A stretch of 64,000 bases of DNA from Alphaproteobacteria bacterium (lineage in GTDB: Bacteria; Pseudomonadota; Alphaproteobacteria; GCA-2731375). Of the stretch, positions 31,785-41,494 are shown in pieces. Made by a program: the position numbers and the translations under genes. The DNA lies in contig CBDDBZ010000019.1 in NCBI GenBank assembly GCA_965225945.1, positions 13,594-77,593 on the forward strand, read 5' to 3'. Position 1 is the stretch's first letter, and each line of letters begins with the position of its first letter. The notes under the pieces were generated by a model. The model was not told the origin of the DNA, ran no database searches, and was given only the letters and a program-made list of their open reading frames with translations.

Positions 31785-32214
31785 CCAACCGCTCCTGCGA
31801 AAGCGGCCGTCGCTCGGCGAGGTTGAAGCGATCCTCGTAGATCGGCCGGCCGCCGGTCGTCGGGCCCGGATACTGCACGAACAGCATCGTGCCGCCCGTC
31901 TCCGTCGCCAGCTCCTTCTCGTAGTGGGGATCGGGATGGAAGATCATCGTGCCGGGGCCGAAGGGCTCGCCGCCGATGGTGAACTCGCCGTCCAGGATGT
32001 ACCAGACCTGGGCGAAATCGTGCCGGTGCATCGGGTGGTGCGCCCCCGGCTCGTAGCGAATGAGACCGGCGTTGGGCTCCGTCGGCCGCGCCTCGCGCGG
32101 GTGGAACAGCATCTTCGAGAGCTGGCCCGGAAAGCGCAGCGTTTCCCAGTCCATGTCGTTCTCGTGGATCGCCTCGAAGGCATGATCGCCGGGCTTGCGT
32201 CGCACGCTGGTCAT
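31777..32214 (-). CDS. Cupin-domain protein
   Basis: HPMHRHDFAQVWYILDGE cupin motif. Confidence 0.8.
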   Translation of the reverse strand: MTSVRRKPGDHAFEAIHENDMDWETLRFPGQLSKMLFHPREARPTEPNAGLIRYEPGAHHPMHRHDFAQVWYILDGEFTIGGEPFGPGTMIFHPDPHYEKELATETGGTMLFVQYPGPTTGGRPIYEDRFNLAERRPLSQERLDV

Positions 32215-32418
32215 GGTGCTACCTCCGCTGATCGGATCGCTCTCCGCTCGGCGCCCGAAATCGCGCGGGCACGACGGCCGATAGCGAGCTTACAGCAAAC
32301 GCCCCCTGCGCGGTCGTGCACATTTTCCCTTGGCCGGCGCCTCTGGCATAATTCGATGCTCTGGACCGACGCCAAAGGATGACGATGAACCAGACCGCAC
32401 ACTCGCTCGCTGGTGTTA

Positions 32419-33589
32419 TACCAATCGGCATTAATCAGAACTCATGCGCCCATTTACGCCGCCCGATGGACGTGATGTTCCATGGTTGATCGATGAGCTT
32501 GTTCCAGGCTTCGCAGCAGGAGGTGATGATCTGCTCGTCGGATTGGAAGACCAAGTTGGACAGCCAGTTGTCGCGCATGAACTGCCAGATGTTTTCGGTC
32601 GGATTGAGCTCCGGCGAGCGTGGTGGCAGGGGCAGGAGGGTAACGTTGGCGGGGATCTTCAGCTTGTCCGTGGTGTGCCAACCCGCCTGATCGAGGAGCA
32701 GGAGGGCATGCGCGCGCGCGCCTACCCGGGAGGAGATCTCCTCCAGATGCAGCTGCATGGCCTGGGTGTCGCAGTGGGGGAGCACGAGGGCGGCGCCGAC
32801 GCCGCGTTCGGGACAGATGGCGCCGAAGATATAGGCTGATTTGGTGCGCTGGTCATGCGGTGCGCGGGGCCGGGTTCCGCGCCGCGCCCAGCGCCGAGTG
32901 ATCTTGTTCTTCTGGCCGACACGGGCTTCGTCCTGCCACCAGATTTCTATCTCGGTGCCGTCGGGCAGGCGCCGGCGAGCTTGCGCCACCAGCTCGGGGA
33001 ATTTTTTTTAAAATCCTCGATGACGCCCTCCTCCTGGGCATGGTGGCGCGGACGCGCCGTCATCTTCGTGAAGCCCGTCGCCTTCAATTCCCGGCTCACC
33101 GTGGTCTCGTCGAGCGAGATCGCGAACATATCCCGGATCCAGCCCGCCAGATCCTTCAGCCGCCAGCGCACCACGCCGTCGACCGCCGGGTTCGGCCCCG
33201 CATCGACGCGTGCCCCCAGCGCCTGGCGTTGTGCATCGTCGAGCTTCGCCACCGCACCGGGCGCCTTGCGATCGATCAAGCCGTCCGGGCCCTCGGCGTT
33301 GAAATGCAACACCCAATCTCGGATCACCTGAAGCCCCACGTGGCCGGTCCGTGCCGCATCCGTCCGCCGCCCACCGTCATAGATCACCGCGAGAGCCAAG
33401 AGCCGGCGGCTCTGGCCGGCATCCTTGGAAAGCTTCGCCAAGCGACGCAGCTCCGCCGCATCGAAATCCTCTCGTAACCCGATCGCCGCTCCCATGGTGA
33501 ACCTCCTCAACTCCGAATCACCGGAATTGAGTCAGAAATCATCCACCATGGGAATCCTCAAAGTGAGTCTCCCTCAAGGCCGATTGGTA
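32419..33589 (-). mobile_element. IS630-family element C with probable programmed -1 frameshift
   Basis: TIR TACCAATCGGC / GCCGATTGGTA; ORF 32947..33510 (HTH) and ORF 32435..32989 (WQDEARVG, DQAGWH, PELNPTENIW) joined at TTTTAAAAAAAA near 33002-33013. Confidence 0.9.
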
Positions 33590-33700
33590 TTAGCCGACAC
33601 GCTTTCGGTATACGCGCCGGAGGCCCGCGATCCCTGGGACGAACGGATCGCCCGCGCGGTCCTCGACACGCGGCCATGAGGGGGGGGAGGAACTCGACCG

Positions 33701-34879
33701 ATGCGCGCCCTCCTCGTCGCCCTCGGCTTTCTTCTGTCGCTGTCGGCGGCTCCCGCTTCTGTCGCTGTCGGCGGCTCCCGTGCGCTTCTGTCGCTGTCGG
33801 CGGCTCCCGTGCTCGCCGATGCCCGGGCGGATTTCGAGCGGGCCAAGCGCGCGGTCCGGGCCGGCGAGCATGATCAAGCCGTCGGCTATTACACGAATAT
33901 CATCAGGTCCCGGGAGCTCGGGGGCGAAGCCCTGGCCGTGGTGTACCAGAACCGGGGCCACACCTTCCTCATGCTGAAGCACTTCGACGGCGCCATCGGC
34001 GACTTCACCACGGCCTTGCGCATAAAACCCGATTATGCCGAGGCACACTACGGTCGGGGCGTCGGACTGGTGGCGAAGCGGCGGAGCGAGGCGGCGCTCC
34101 GGGATTTTGACGCCGCCATCGCCTTGAAACCGGAGTTCGCCCCCTCGCATGGCGAGCGGGGGCGGCTCAAACTCCAACTGGGACGGCACACGGAGGCGCT
34201 GGCCGACCTGGAAGAGGCGATCCGCCTCGGCTCGGCTGACTGGCGGTTCTACAACGACCGGGGCATCATCATGTTGGCTTGGGGCGATCTGGAGAATGCC
34301 TTCCTTTCCTTCGACGCGGCGATCGGCATCTCCTTCGACGCGGCGATCGGCATCGATCCGAAATCCAACGTCGCCTACCGCAACCGCGGACTGATATATT
34401 TCCTTGCCAAAAAGATGCCGGAGGCGAGCTTCGACTTCACCCAGGCTCTGGATCTGGCGCCTGGCGACATGGAAACGCTCCTGTGGCAGACGATCTACAA
34501 CACCTATGTCGCCCTCGACGTCGGTCCCGATATCGCCAAACGCGTCAATGCCGAGCAAATGTTGAACTGGCCCGGGCCGTTGTTGGAACTGTTCCTCGAC
34601 AAGGACGTGCCAGCAGCGGTGCTCAGGATCGGCGAGACGCAGTTCGCCGGCGGGCCGGCGAAGCTCTTGGCCCAGACCCGTTACTCGGTGGGCGTCTACT
34701 ACCTGAGTCGGGGCGAATTGGAGGCGGCGCAATTCCTCTTCGAGAAAGTGGTCTCGATGCGGGCGACGACGCTGATGGAGTACCACGCCGCGTGGATGGC
34801 GCTCGAATGGATGGGCGTCACCGAGCCGGTGCCAGCGGAATCCTCCACCGTCGCGCCCGCCGACGAGAAGAAGGAATAG
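33701..34879 (+). CDS. Exported TPR protein (NlpI-like)
   Basis: Signal-like N-terminus; multiple TPRs (YQNRG, HYGRG, YNDRG, YRNRG); internal tandem duplications. Confidence 0.8.
   Translation: MRALLVALGFLLSLSAAPASVAVGGSRALLSLSAAPVLADARADFERAKRAVRAGEHDQAVGYYTNIIRSRELGGEALAVVYQNRGHTFLMLKHFDGAIGDFTTALRIKPDYAEAHYGRGVGLVAKRRSEAALRDFDAAIALKPEFAPSHGERGRLKLQLGRHTEALADLEEAIRLGSADWRFYNDRGIIMLAWGDLENAFLSFDAAIGISFDAAIGIDPKSNVAYRNRGLIYFLAKKMPEASFDFTQALDLAPGDMETLLWQTIYNTYVALDVGPDIAKRVNAEQMLNWPGPLLELFLDKDVPAAVLRIGETQFAGGPAKLLAQTRYSVGVYYLSRGELEAAQFLFEKVVSMRATTLMEYHAAWMALEWMGVTEPVPAESSTVAPADEKKE
33731..33809 (+). repeat. Three copies of a 25-bp unit in the signal-peptide region
   Basis: CTTCTGTCGCTGTCGGCGGCTCCCG at 33731, 33756 and 33785. 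Confidence 0.85.
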
Positions 34880-34946
34880 CCGCCTCGGAGCGGTGGCAGC
34901 GGCGAGGGGAGCGCGAGTGCATGGTGAACATCGAGTGGGGACCGTG

Positions 34947-36578
34947 ATGAGCGAGGCGGCGACGCGAGCGAACGGCAACGGTAAGGCGCGGGACGGCGAG
35001 TTCGATGTCATCGTGGTCGGGGCCGGCTTCGCCGGCATGTACCTGCTGCACCGCCTGCGCGGGATGGGGTTCCGGACGCGGGTGCTGGAAGCGGGCGGCG
35101 GCGTCGGCGGGACCTGGTATTGGAATCGCTATCCGGGCGCGCGCTGCGACGTCGAGAGCGTGCAGTATTCCTACCAGTTCTCCGATGAGCTGCAGCAGGA
35201 ATGGGACTGGTCGGAGAAATATTCGCCCCAGCCGGAGATTCTGAGCTATGCCAACCATGTCGCCGATCGCTTCGACCTGCGACGAGACATCCAATTCGAC
35301 ACCCGCGTCGTCGTCGCCCGGTTCGACCACCAGGCCGCGCGGTGGCGGATCGAGACCGAGGCGGGCGAGCAATTCGGCGCCCGCTTCTGCGTCATGGCCA
35401 CCGGCTGTCTCTCGGCCTCCAACACGCCGGCGTTCGAGGGCATCGACAGCTATCGGGGCGAGCGCTACCACACCGGGCATTGGCCGCACGAGGGCGTCGA
35501 CTTCACCTCCAAGCGGGTCGGCATCATCGGCACCGGTTCCTCCGCCATCCAGGCGATTCCGCTGATCGCCGAGGAAGCCGAACACCTCTACGTCTTTCAA
35601 CGAACCCCGAACTACACCGTGCCCGCCCACAACGCGCCGCTCGACCCGGCGACGATTCTGGCGGTGAAGGCGGATTACGCCGGCATCCGCGCGCGGGCGA
35701 AGCAAACCGCCCCCGGCCTCGACTTCGTATTCAACACGGGCTCGGCCGTCGAGGCCACGGAGGAGGAGCGACACAGCGAGTTCAGATCGCGTTGGGACTA
35801 TGGCGGCGTCACCTTCATGGGCGCCTTCGGCGATCTTCTGTTCGATCCTCGGGCGAACGATCTCGCCGCCGAATTCGTGCGCTCCGAGATCCGCGAGCTC
35901 GTCGACGACCCCGGGGTCGCCGAATTGCTTTGTCCCGACAACGTCATCGGCTGCAAGCGACTGTGTGTCGATACGGACTACTGGAAGACCTACAACCGGG
36001 CGAACGTCACGCTGATCGACGTCGCGGGCGTGCCGATCGAACGTCTGACCCCGGCCGGCATCCGGGCCCGGGGGCAGGAATACCCCCTCGATGCCATCGT
36101 CTTCGCGACCGGCTTCGATGCCATGACCGGGGCCCTGAGCCGAATCGACATTCAGGGCGTCGGGGCTGAACGGCTGGCCGAGAAGTGGCATGGCGGCCCG
36201 CGCGCCTATCTCGGATTGGCCACCGCCGGCTTTCCCAATCTCTTCATGATTACCGGGCCCGGCAGCCCCTCGGTGTTGACCAACATGCTGCCCTCGATCG
36301 AGCAACATGTGGAATGGGTGAGCGATTGTCTCGGCTGGCTCCGCGAGCGGGGTCACGCTTCGATCGTGCCGACGCGCGAGGCGGAGGACGAATGGGTCGC
36401 CCACGTCAACGAGATCGCGGACGGAAACCTCCGCTCGACCTGTAGTTCCTGGTACGTCGGCGCCAACGTCGCCGGCAAGCCCCGGGTGTTCATGCCCTAT
36501 ATCGGCGGCTTCCCGGCCTATCTGCAGAAATGCGCCGAGGTCGTCGCCGACGACTACGCCGGCTTCACCTGCGCTTGA
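34947..36578 (+). CDS. Baeyer-Villiger monooxygenase (cyclohexanone monooxygenase family)
   Basis: GAGFAG, GGTWYWNRYPGARCD, YRGERYHTGHWP fingerprint, GTGSS, ATGFDA. Confidence 0.93.
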   Translation: MSEAATRANGNGKARDGEFDVIVVGAGFAGMYLLHRLRGMGFRTRVLEAGGGVGGTWYWNRYPGARCDVESVQYSYQFSDELQQEWDWSEKYSPQPEILSYANHVADRFDLRRDIQFDTRVVVARFDHQAARWRIETEAGEQFGARFCVMATGCLSASNTPAFEGIDSYRGERYHTGHWPHEGVDFTSKRVGIIGTGSSAIQAIPLIAEEAEHLYVFQRTPNYTVPAHNAPLDPATILAVKADYAGIRARAKQTAPGLDFVFNTGSAVEATEEERHSEFRSRWDYGGVTFMGAFGDLLFDPRANDLAAEFVRSEIRELVDDPGVAELLCPDNVIGCKRLCVDTDYWKTYNRANVTLIDVAGVPIERLTPAGIRARGQEYPLDAIVFATGFDAMTGALSRIDIQGVGAERLAEKWHGGPRAYLGLATAGFPNLFMITGPGSPSVLTNMLPSIEQHVEWVSDCLGWLRERGHASIVPTREAEDEWVAHVNEIADGNLRSTCSSWYVGANVAGKPRVFMPYIGGFPAYLQKCAEVVADDYAGFTCA

Positions 36579-36588
36579 GCCTTCCCGG

Positions 36589-37458
36589 CTATTCGTCGAG
36601 CGTGCGACCGGCGCCCTGGACGCGGGTCTGGCGCATATGGCGGCGGTAGCGGTCGGCGTCGTAGCCGGCGCCTCGGTGCAAGAGACAGCGGTTGTCCCAG
36701 ATCACCAGGTCGCCCGGCCGCCAGGCGTGCGAATAGACGTGCGCGTCGGCCGTGGCGCGGGCCTGGAGATCGTCGATCAGCTCCCGGCTCTCCGCCTCTC
36801 CCCAGCCCTCGATCGTCTTGGCATGGGAGCCGATATAATAATTCTTGCGCCCCGATCTGGGGTTCTGGCGCACCAGTTTTTGCCGCACGGGTGGCAGCGA
36901 TCGGGCGTGCGAGGGCGTGACCGCGTCGGGCGCCACCTTGGCGCGCGAGTAGACGTAGTCGTGGATCGAGATCAACGGGTCGATCGCGGCCTTCTCGTCG
37001 CCCGATAGCCGGTCGTAGGCCGCGCGCTGGCTGACGAAGAGCGTTTGTCCGCCTTCCTCGGGCACCTCATGGGCACAGGTGATCGAGACCAACGCGGGGA
37101 CCTCGCGGAACGAGGAGTCCGAATGCCACATATTGTTGCCGGTGAGGAAGATCGTCTTCTTGTGATCGTTTCCGATTGCCGTGCCGTCGGCCTGCACGTT
37201 GCCGATGGTGCCGAAGTATTCGATCCGCCCTTCCTGGCCGAGGACGACGTGGTTGGCCTCCGGCTCGCCGAGCAAGCAGGTGAAGGCGAGCTGGCGCTCG
37301 TCGTCGAAGGGCTGGTCGGGAAAGCAGAGCAAGGAATATTCGTCGATCGCTTGCCGGATCTCCTCGACGGCCGCCGAGTCGAGCGGCCGGCGGAGATCGA
37401 TGCCGGTGACGCGCGCGGCGAAGTCCTCGTGCAGCGCCTCGATGTTCAATCCGGCCAT
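36589..37458 (-). CDS. TauD/TfdA-family Fe(II)/2OG dioxygenase
   Basis: WHSDSSF and WDNRCLLHR motifs. Confidence 0.9.
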   Translation of the reverse strand: MAGLNIEALHEDFAARVTGIDLRRPLDSAAVEEIRQAIDEYSLLCFPDQPFDDERQLAFTCLLGEPEANHVVLGQEGRIEYFGTIGNVQADGTAIGNDHKKTIFLTGNNMWHSDSSFREVPALVSITCAHEVPEEGGQTLFVSQRAAYDRLSGDEKAAIDPLISIHDYVYSRAKVAPDAVTPSHARSLPPVRQKLVRQNPRSGRKNYYIGSHAKTIEGWGEAESRELIDDLQARATADAHVYSHAWRPGDLVIWDNRCLLHRGAGYDADRYRRHMRQTRVQGAGRTLDE

Positions 37459-37499
37459 GTTTCGCTCCGCCTCCTCGGTTTCGATCCTCGCCCGTCCGA

Positions 37500-37817
37500 C
37501 TAGGCGTCGGACATCACGTGGATCACGCGGGCTTCGATCATGTCCTTGGTCTTGGCGGCGTAGGCGGCCATGTGGGGGGACGTGGCATGGGCCTTCAAGG
37601 CTTCCAGGCTCGCCCATTTCTCGACCACGACAAAACTCTCCGCGCCAAATTTGGTCTGGAAGCCGCCGACACCCTCGGCGTCGACCGTGGCATCATATTC
37701 GATGCAGCCGTCCTCGGCGTGGACGGCCGCCACGTTGGCCTTGAAAGCCGCCAGGATCTCGTCGCGCTTGCCGGGCTTCGCCGTGATCACCGCGATGACA
37801 TGGACTCTCGACATCAT
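37500..37817 (-). CDS. Putative quinol monooxygenase (ABM/YgiN-like)
   Basis: AEDGCIEY, VVEKWASLEALKAH..SPHM. Confidence 0.85.
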   Translation of the reverse strand: MMSRVHVIAVITAKPGKRDEILAAFKANVAAVHAEDGCIEYDATVDAEGVGGFQTKFGAESFVVVEKWASLEALKAHATSPHMAAYAAKTKDMIEARVIHVMSDA

Positions 37818-37887
37818 CCCTCTCCCCTGTTGGATCCCTCGCTCTCGGGCCGAATTGTTCCATTTTCCGTGCGTCCGGCAAAGTCCC

Positions 37888-38022
37888 TAGTGTACCGACT
37901 CTAACGCCTGTCGCCCATGAGCGACTTTTTCGAGTATGGCGGTGGCGGAAGCGGTCCATACGAAGGGTTTTGGATCGGCATTGTGGTGCTCGAGGTATTC
38001 CTGAATGGCTGTTTCGAGTTCG
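37888..38022 (-). mobile_element. IS630 copy-A right-end remnant
   Basis: Near-identical to 962..1096 (one SNP seen); cut by IS256. Confidence 0.9.
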
Positions 38023-39407
38023 GATTGAGCAACCTGATGTGTGGAAATTCGGAACGCCGTTGATCAGTCATCCTCTGCTTTCCAAGTGATGTAGGGTTTT
38101 TCGGTGGTTTCCCATTTCTCGTCGATTTCGACGAGGATGGCGGTGACCAGACGTTCGAGCGAGGCCTCGTTGGGAAAGACCCTGACCTTTACGGTGCGGC
38201 GCTTGATCTCCTGCTGGATGGATCGCTCCATGGGGTTCGAGGTTCGCATGCGCTTTTGGTGGCGCTCGGGCAGGGCGAAGACGGCGAGGCCCTCGGGGAT
38301 CGCCGTCTCCAGCCAATCGGCGAGCTTGGGGGCGCTGTCGCGGTAGGCCGCCACCAGATGGCCCAGCTCGGCCTCGGCGGCCTTGCCGTCGGCGGCGTTC
38401 CAGACCCGGCGCAGCTCCTTGCCGATGGCCTTTCGGATGGCGAGGTTGGGGGCGTGATGGATGGCGTTTTGAGCCAGATGGTACTGACAGCGCTGCCAGA
38501 CGGCGCCGCCGAGGACGGCCTTGCGCGCGGCGCCGAGGCCTGGATGATCATCGGAAACGATATAGGCGACACCGCGCATGCCACCGGCAACCAGGGTCTC
38601 CAGGAAGGCGCGCCAGTGCACTTCGGCCTCGGAGAGCGCACAGGAAACACCGAGCACCCGGCGGCGCTGGTCGGGGCCGATGCCGATCACCGAGAGCACG
38701 GCGGCGTCGCGCACCACGCCACCCTCTCGGACTTTCTCATAGCGCGCGTCGAGGAGCAGGTAGCGGATCTCGCCCAGCGGCCGGTTGCGCCAGGCATCCA
38801 GCTCCCCATCCAAGAGCTTGGCGGCGCGGCTGACCTGGCTCGACGACAGGCTCTCCAGGCCGAACTCGCGCATCACCGCCTCGGCGTCACGGGTGGAGAC
38901 GCCTTTGATATACATCTCCGCCACGGCCAGCATGACAGCGCGGCAGGAGCGCCGTCCGCGCTCCAGGGCTTGGGGGTACGTTCCGCGGCAGGAGCGCCGT
39001 CCGCGCTCCAGGGCTTGGGGGTAAAAAGGCGCCTCATGACCGGCGGTCTTGGGAACCTCGAGCCTCACCGTACCGGCCGGGGTGTCGATCTTCTTGGGTC
39101 TGGTGCCGTTGGCGTATCCCCGCCGCTCGGGCGTGCGCTCATAGTGGCCGGCGCCCAAGAACCTCTCCCGCTCGATCCGCATGGCGAGATTGAAAAGGCC
39201 GGCGAAGACCGTCGCCATGTTCTCGCTACCGCCTTCGATCAATTGTTCCACCAAAGCCTCGACAGCGCTATCCTGGTCTTTCCGCATACTGGTTCTCCAT
39301 GTTTGTTTGGACGCTTTCATGGATAACCAAAATGACGGATCGCCCCGCGCCGGGGTATACCCCGGCGCGGGGCGAAGCCAAATTTCCAGACCTCACGCTA
39401 CACAAGC
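38023..39407 (-). mobile_element. IS256-family element type A (full length)
   Basis: TIRs GATTGAGCAACCTGATGTGTGGAAATTCGG / GCTTGTGTAGCGTGAGGTCTGGAAATTTGG; no matching TSD. Confidence 0.92.
38064..39320 (-). CDS. IS256 transposase with an in-frame internal duplication
   Basis: LLDARYEK, VSDDHPG, WQRCQYH, RTSNPMER; YPQALERGRRSCR repeated. Confidence 0.9.
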   Translation of the reverse strand: MKASKQTWRTSMRKDQDSAVEALVEQLIEGGSENMATVFAGLFNLAMRIERERFLGAGHYERTPERRGYANGTRPKKIDTPAGTVRLEVPKTAGHEAPFYPQALERGRRSCRGTYPQALERGRRSCRAVMLAVAEMYIKGVSTRDAEAVMREFGLESLSSSQVSRAAKLLDGELDAWRNRPLGEIRYLLLDARYEKVREGGVVRDAAVLSVIGIGPDQRRRVLGVSCALSEAEVHWRAFLETLVAGGMRGVAYIVSDDHPGLGAARKAVLGGAVWQRCQYHLAQNAIHHAPNLAIRKAIGKELRRVWNAADGKAAEAELGHLVAAYRDSAPKLADWLETAIPEGLAVFALPERHQKRMRTSNPMERSIQQEIKRRTVKVRVFPNEASLERLVTAILVEIDEKWETTEKPYITWKAEDD

Positions 39408-39416
39408 GGCATTAGC

Positions 39417-40383
39417 GGCATTCCGGCTGTTCCAGGGTGCCTGCCGGCGAGGCATCTACGACAACATGAAGACGGCGGTGCAGACCGTCCTCATCGGCAA
39501 GGAGCGCGCGTTCAACCGGCGCTTCGTGCAGATGTGTGGCCACTACCTGGTCGAACCGACAGCATGCACGCCGGGAGCGGGATGGGAGAAGGGGCAGGTC
39601 GAGAACCAGGTCGGGATCATCCGCGGTCGGTTCTTCACCCCGCGGCTGCGCTTCAAGACCTACGACGAGCTCAACGCCTGGCTCTTGGACCAGTGCGTCG
39701 CCTACGCCCGGCGTCATCCCCACCCGGTGTTCAAGGACAGGACTGTCTGGCAGGTGTTCGAGGACGAGCGTCCGTCCCTGGTCGGCTATCGCGGGCCGTT
39801 CGACGGCTTCCACGCGGTCCCGGCGTCGGTGTCGAAGACCTGCCTGGTGCGCTTCGACAGCAACAAGTACAGCGTGGCGGCGCGCGCCGTCGGCCGTCCG
39901 GTCGAGGTCCATGCCTACGCCGATCGCATCGTCATCCGCCAGGACGGCGAGATCGTCGCCGAGCATGCCCGGCGCTTCGGCCGCGACCAGACCGTCTATG
40001 ACCCGTGGCACTACGTGCCCGTGCTGGCGAGGAAGCCCGGTGCGCTTCGTAACGGCGCGCCGTTCAAGGACTGGGCGCTGCCCGGCGCCCTGGGTCGCGT
40101 GCGCGTCCGGCTCGCCGGCCACGACGACGGCGACAGGCAGATGGTCGAGATCCTCACCGCCGTGCTGGCGGATGGGCTGGCGGCGGTGGAGGCCGCCTGT
40201 GCCGAGGCGCTCGCTGGCGGCGTGTGCAGCGCCGACGTCGTGCTCAACATCCTCAATCGTCGGCGCCAGCCGTCCGAGACGGCGCCGATCCCGACGCCCG
40301 CGAACCTGCGTCTTCGCTTTGAGCCGGTGGCCGATTGCACCCGCTACGACCGCTTGAGGGGGGTCGGCCATGGAGCGCCATGA
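39417..40383 (+). pseudogene. istA: IstA C-terminal part
   Basis: RGIYDNMKTAV, GWEKGQVENQV, VRFDSNKYSV, RKPGALRNGAPF. Confidence 0.88.
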
Positions 40384-41098
40384 GGTCCTGGAGATGATGG
40401 CCGCACTCAAGCTCGCCGGCATGCGCGACGCGTTCGACGAGGTGCTCGCCGACGGCCTCAAGCGCCAGCATCCGATGCAGCGAATCATCGGCGAGCTGTT
40501 GAAGGCCGAGATCGCCGACAAGCAGGCGCGATCCATCAAGTACCAGATGAGTGGCGCCAAGCTGCCGCTGGCCAAGGAGCTGGCCGACTTCGACTTCACC
40601 GACACCCCGGTCAACGAGCCGCTGGTCCGCGAGTTGGCGGTCGGCGGCTTCCTGGCCAACCAGCGCAACGCCGTGCTGATCGGCGGCACCGGCACCGGCA
40701 AGAGCCATCTCGCCGTCGCCATCGCGCGGGCCTGCATCCGCGATGGCGCCCGGGGCCGCTTCTTCAACGTCGTCGACCTGGTCAACCGGCTCGAGGCCGA
40801 AGCCCGCGCCGGCCGCCAGGGCCGGCTCGCCGATCAGCTGGCCCGGCGCGACCTCGTCATCCTCGACGAGCTCGGCTACCTGCCCTTCGCCCAAACCGGA
40901 GGCCAGCTGCTGTTCCACCTCGTCAGCCGGCTCTACGAGCGCACCTCGATCATCGTCACCACCAACCTGACCTTCGGCGAATGGCCGTCCGTCTTCGGCG
41001 ACGCCAAGATGACCACCGCGCTCCTCGATCGTCTGACGCACCACTGCGAGATCATCGAGACCGGAAACGACTCCTGGCGCTTCAAGAATCGGTCCTAA
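40370..41098 (+). CDS. istB: IS21 helper ATPase IstB
   Basis: GGTGTGKSH Walker [10 protein letters not shown] Walker [10 protein letters not shown]. Confidence 0.95.
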   Translation: MERHEVLEMMAALKLAGMRDAFDEVLADGLKRQHPMQRIIGELLKAEIADKQARSIKYQMSGAKLPLAKELADFDFTDTPVNEPLVRELAVGGFLANQRNAVLIGGTGTGKSHLAVAIARACIRDGARGRFFNVVDLVNRLEAEARAGRQGRLADQLARRDLVILDELGYLPFAQTGGQLLFHLVSRLYERTSIIVTTNLTFGEWPSVFGDAKMTTALLDRLTHHCEIIETGNDSWRFKNRS

Positions 41099-41494
41099 AG
41101 GCAACCGATCCACCTGCCGCCCGGTCGCCCAGGTGGGCCCACAGGAACCTCCCACGCGCGGTCCGCCGCCAGCCGCGTGGTGGGCGCGTCGGCCCGCGCG
41201 CGGGCCCCTCCTATGGACTACCTGTACGACCTCCGCCGTGCATCCCCAAAGGGGTCAACATTGCACGCCGATAGGGGGTCAATGTTCAACGCCGATTGAC
41301 AGGACGGAAGCCGCAAAACCACGAAATCGTCGTATTCGGCCGTATGTCCTCGGCGAGCCGACAAGACTTTCATCGGGCGGATCGAAGGGGGGTTGATGTC
41401 CTCGGCTATCACCTCCGGCAGGCCGGCGAGGAAGGGGTAGACGTCCGGCTCGCCGAAAAGGCGCGCGACCGCCCGCCACCGCTCCCAGCTCTTC

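Larger units (their letters stand above)
39417..41301 (+). mobile_element. IS21-family element, right half (3' istA, istB, IRR)
   Basis: Ends GGGGTCAACATTGCACGCCGATAGGGGGTCAATGTTCAACGCCGATTGACA, matching the IRL at 3728. Confidence 0.9.

Noticed and set aside
32947-33013. IS630 element C as a frameshifted pseudogene
   Set aside because: The break sits on a T4A8 slippery run requiring a -1 shift, which is a known expression mode for IS630 elements.
33731-33809. Possible CRISPR array from the 25-bp repeats
   Set aside because: Spacers are 0-4 bp, the repeats lie inside a CDS and there are no cas genes in the window.
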